Assembly: GCF_006345805.1 (NCBI RefSeq)
Contig: NC_043025.1
Span: forward strand, 5,518,001-5,582,000
Reading direction: 5' to 3'
Source: Octopus sinensis
Lineage: Eukaryota
Length of the DNA stretch: 64,000 bases
Every line of letters begins with the position of its first letter. Position 1 is the stretch's first letter. The position numbers were made by a program, and so were the translations under genes. A model generated the notes under the pieces. The model saw nothing but the letters and a program-made list of their open reading frames with translations. It was not told the origin of the DNA and searched no databases. Positions 61,090-64,000 of this stretch are shown piece by piece.

Positions 61090-61765
61090 TTCTGTAGTAC
61101 AAATGTCTTGTTCTCATAAATTTTGAATTAAAATCTTCCACCAATCCTTAGTCACAATTTATGTTCCTAACACTAGCTGAATGATAACTAAGTTATTTTA
61201 CTAAATTCTTTGTTATATTTCAAATAATTGAAAGAAACACAGAGCATCTCAACAGAAATATGGTAACAAAAGGGTTAAAGTCACCATGATATTTTTAACC
61301 CTTTTGATACCAACCTGGCTGAAACAGCCTCTGGTTCTGTAGTACAAATGTCTTGTTTTCATAAGTTTTGAATCAAAATCTTCCACCAAACCTTAGTCAC
61401 AATTTATGTTCCTAACACTAGCTGAATGATAACTAAGTTATTTTACTAAATTCTTTGTTATATTTCAAATAATTGAAAGAAACACAGAGCATCTCAACAG
61501 AAATATGGTAACAAAAGGGTTAAAGTCACCATGATATTTTTAACTCTTTTGTTACTAACCCGGCTGAAACCGGCTCTGTAGTACAAATGTCTTGTTTTCC
61601 TAAGTTTTGAATCAAAATCTTCCACCAAACCTTAGTCACAATTTATGTTCCTAACACTAGCTTAATGATAACTAAGTTATTTTACTAAATTCTTTGTTAT
61701 ATTTTATAATTAATTGAAAGAAACACAGAGCATCTCAAAATAAATACGGTAATGAAGGGGTTGAT
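61090..61765. mobile_element. Trimer of the same piggyBac-like MITE
   Basis: Three ~230-bp units separated by the same AGTCACCATGATATTT spacer seen at about 7820-7836. Confidence 0.75.
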
Positions 61766-61845
61766 TTTACTGTTAATATGATGTATTTTCAAAATGGTTT
61801 CAATATGTCTGTGTACATTTATGTTTTCCTCTCTGGTCTTTCCAG

Positions 61846-61907
61846 GCCTGATGGTTGGTCGTATCAAGTTTTCCGCACGAGATATGTCATATTCATTATG
61901 TACCTTA
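61846..61907 (+). CDS. TMEM120: TMEM120 exon 8 (gene continues beyond window)
   Basis: ttccag|G CCT...CTT A|gtaagt. PDGWSYQVFRTRYVIFIMYL, compare PDGLMYQKFRNQFLSFSMYQ. 62 nt. No following exon found before 64000. Confidence 0.92.
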
Positions 61908-62634
61908 GTAAGTATACTAACCATATTTCCACCTATATTGGGTAACAACAACAACAACAACAGCAACAACAACACTAAGCAGATGACTGTCCTGCTGTGT
62001 CACTTTAACACATTCTCTTTTCCTCTTTCTCTTTATACTTGTTTCAGTCATTTTGACTGCGGCCATGCTGGAGCACCGCCTTTTAATCGAGCAACTCGAC
62101 CCCGGGACTTATTCTTTGTAAGCCCAGTACTTATTCTATCGCTTCCTCTTGCCGAACCGCTAAGTGACGGGGACATAAACACACCAGCATCAGTTGTCAA
62201 GCAATGCTAGGGGTACAAACACAGACACACAAACACACACACATACATACATATATATATATACATATATACGATAGGCTTCTTTCAGTTTCCGTCTACC
62301 AAATCCACTCACAAGGCATTGGTCAGCCCGGGGCTATAGCAGAAACTGAAAGAATCCCATCATATACGTGTATGTGTGTGTGTGTGTGTGTCTTTGTGTC
62401 AGTAGTTGACCCCCGCCACTGCTTGACAACTGGTGTTGGTGTGTTTACATCCCCCCTAACACAGCAGTTCAGTAAAACAAACCAATAGAGTAAATATCAG
62501 CCTTAAGAGCAAAAAGGACTGGGTTTGATTTTTTTTTGCAACTAAAATTTCTCATGGCAGTGCTCCAGCATGGCATCAGTCTAAGACAGACACAAGTAAA
62601 AGATAAATGATACTAATTAAACCAGAACTCATTC

Positions 62635-63304
62635 TATGACACACACAAACACACAGACACACACAGACAGACAGCACACACACACACACACACACAGTCA
62701 CACACACATGCACAAACACACACACACAAACACACACACACAAACAACACACACAAACAACACACACAAACAACACACACAAACACAGACATACACAGGC
62801 ACACACACACAGACGCACACATACACAGACGCACACATACACAGACGCACACATACACAGACGCACACATACACAGACGCACACATACACAGACGCACAC
62901 ATACACAGACGCACACATACACAGACGCACACATACACAGACGCACACATACACAGACGCACACATACACAGACGCACACATACACAGACGCACACATAC
63001 ACAGACGCACACATACACAGACGCACACACACACACGCACACACAAACACGCACACACAAACACGCACACACAAACACACAGACACAAACACACAGACAC
63101 AAACACACAGAGAAACACACACACAGAGAAACACACACACACACACACACAGAGAAACACACACACACACACACACAGAGAAACACACACACACACACAC
63201 ACACAGAGAAACACACACACACACACAGACACACACACACACACAGACACACACACACACACACAGACACACACACACACAGACACACACACACACACAG
63301 ACAC

Positions 63305-63337
<33 letters not shown>

Positions 63338-63340
63338 TTC
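62635..63340. repeat. (CA)n compound microsatellite with 20-bp sub-repeat
   Basis: ACATACACAGACGCACAC-type units. Confidence 0.95.
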
Positions 63341-63691
63341 GAGTGTGTGGTTGATAGATAGGATCATCATAAACCTCTGTGTTTCGTAATCTTTCATCTT
63401 TCTTTGACCTGTAACGTCTAAAGTTCTGTGTCTGATAAAATGGTGATAGATATGTCCTCTCTACCCCCGCACACACACACACACACACTCTTACTAAACG
63501 CCTCTCTGTCTCCATTGTATCAAAAATATATCTAGATATATATATCTTGGAAATGTCTGCCTATCAACTCTGGCTCTCACTTTCTTTTTTCTTCTTCGCC
63601 CTCTCTCCCTGCATTCATGCATACATATATGTATGTGTGTGGGTGTGTGTATACGCACACACACACATACATACATACATGTAGGTATATA

Positions 63692-63728
<37 letters not shown>

Positions 63729-63845
63729 TTATATACACATACATATATATATATGATCTGAATGATATGATATATATATATGTAAAAAATGTAATATATA
63801 AATAAATATCTATAAATATAAACCATCCGATCTGATTACCTCATT

Positions 63846-63889
<44 letters not shown>

Positions 63890-63895
63890 TGTGTA

Positions 63896-63951
<56 letters not shown>

Positions 63952-64000
63952 CACATACATACATATATGTATGTGTGTTTGTATATATATATATATATAT

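Noticed and set aside
63341-63460. Protein-like stretch on the minus strand ([31 protein letters not shown])
   Set aside because: Weak splice sites, no partner exons, no recognisable family; embedded in microsatellite.

Overview
Eukaryotic, repeat-dominated genomic DNA. The SINE, MITE and microsatellite content looks like an Octopus-type coleoid cephalopod (inference from repeat families, not verified). Two spliced protein-coding genes lie on the + strand. (1) The last two coding exons of a BolA2 (Fra2-type Fe-S trafficking) gene, at 1387-1484 and 9218-9332; its first exon is upstream of the window. (2) Coding exons 1-8 of a TMEM120 (TACAN-family) gene from 21230 to 61907: 751 nt, all GT-AG introns, reading frame continuous, 3' exons beyond the window. 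Almost all other ORFs in the supplied track are repeat artefacts. Introns and intergenic DNA hold several tRNA-derived SINE families, CR1/L2-type and RTE-type LINE fragments, non-autonomous Helitrons, hAT-, Tc1/mariner- and piggyBac-like MITEs, and minisatellites. Most notable observations: a tRNA-headed element ending in a type I hammerhead ribozyme motif, plus two other Penelope-type hammerhead variants; a ~9 kb 108-bp satellite that appears to have grown inside a piggyBac-like MITE, with a second array in another intron; head-less SINE multimers with a self-complementary junction and a twin-priming-like inversion; a decayed 28S rRNA fragment with an extra ~120-nt hairpin next to the sarcin-ricin loop; several long near-perfect hairpins close to exons; and a Ser at the position equivalent to human TMEM120A M207. 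Repeat boundaries are approximate (about 10-20 nt). Exon boundaries were counted base by base.
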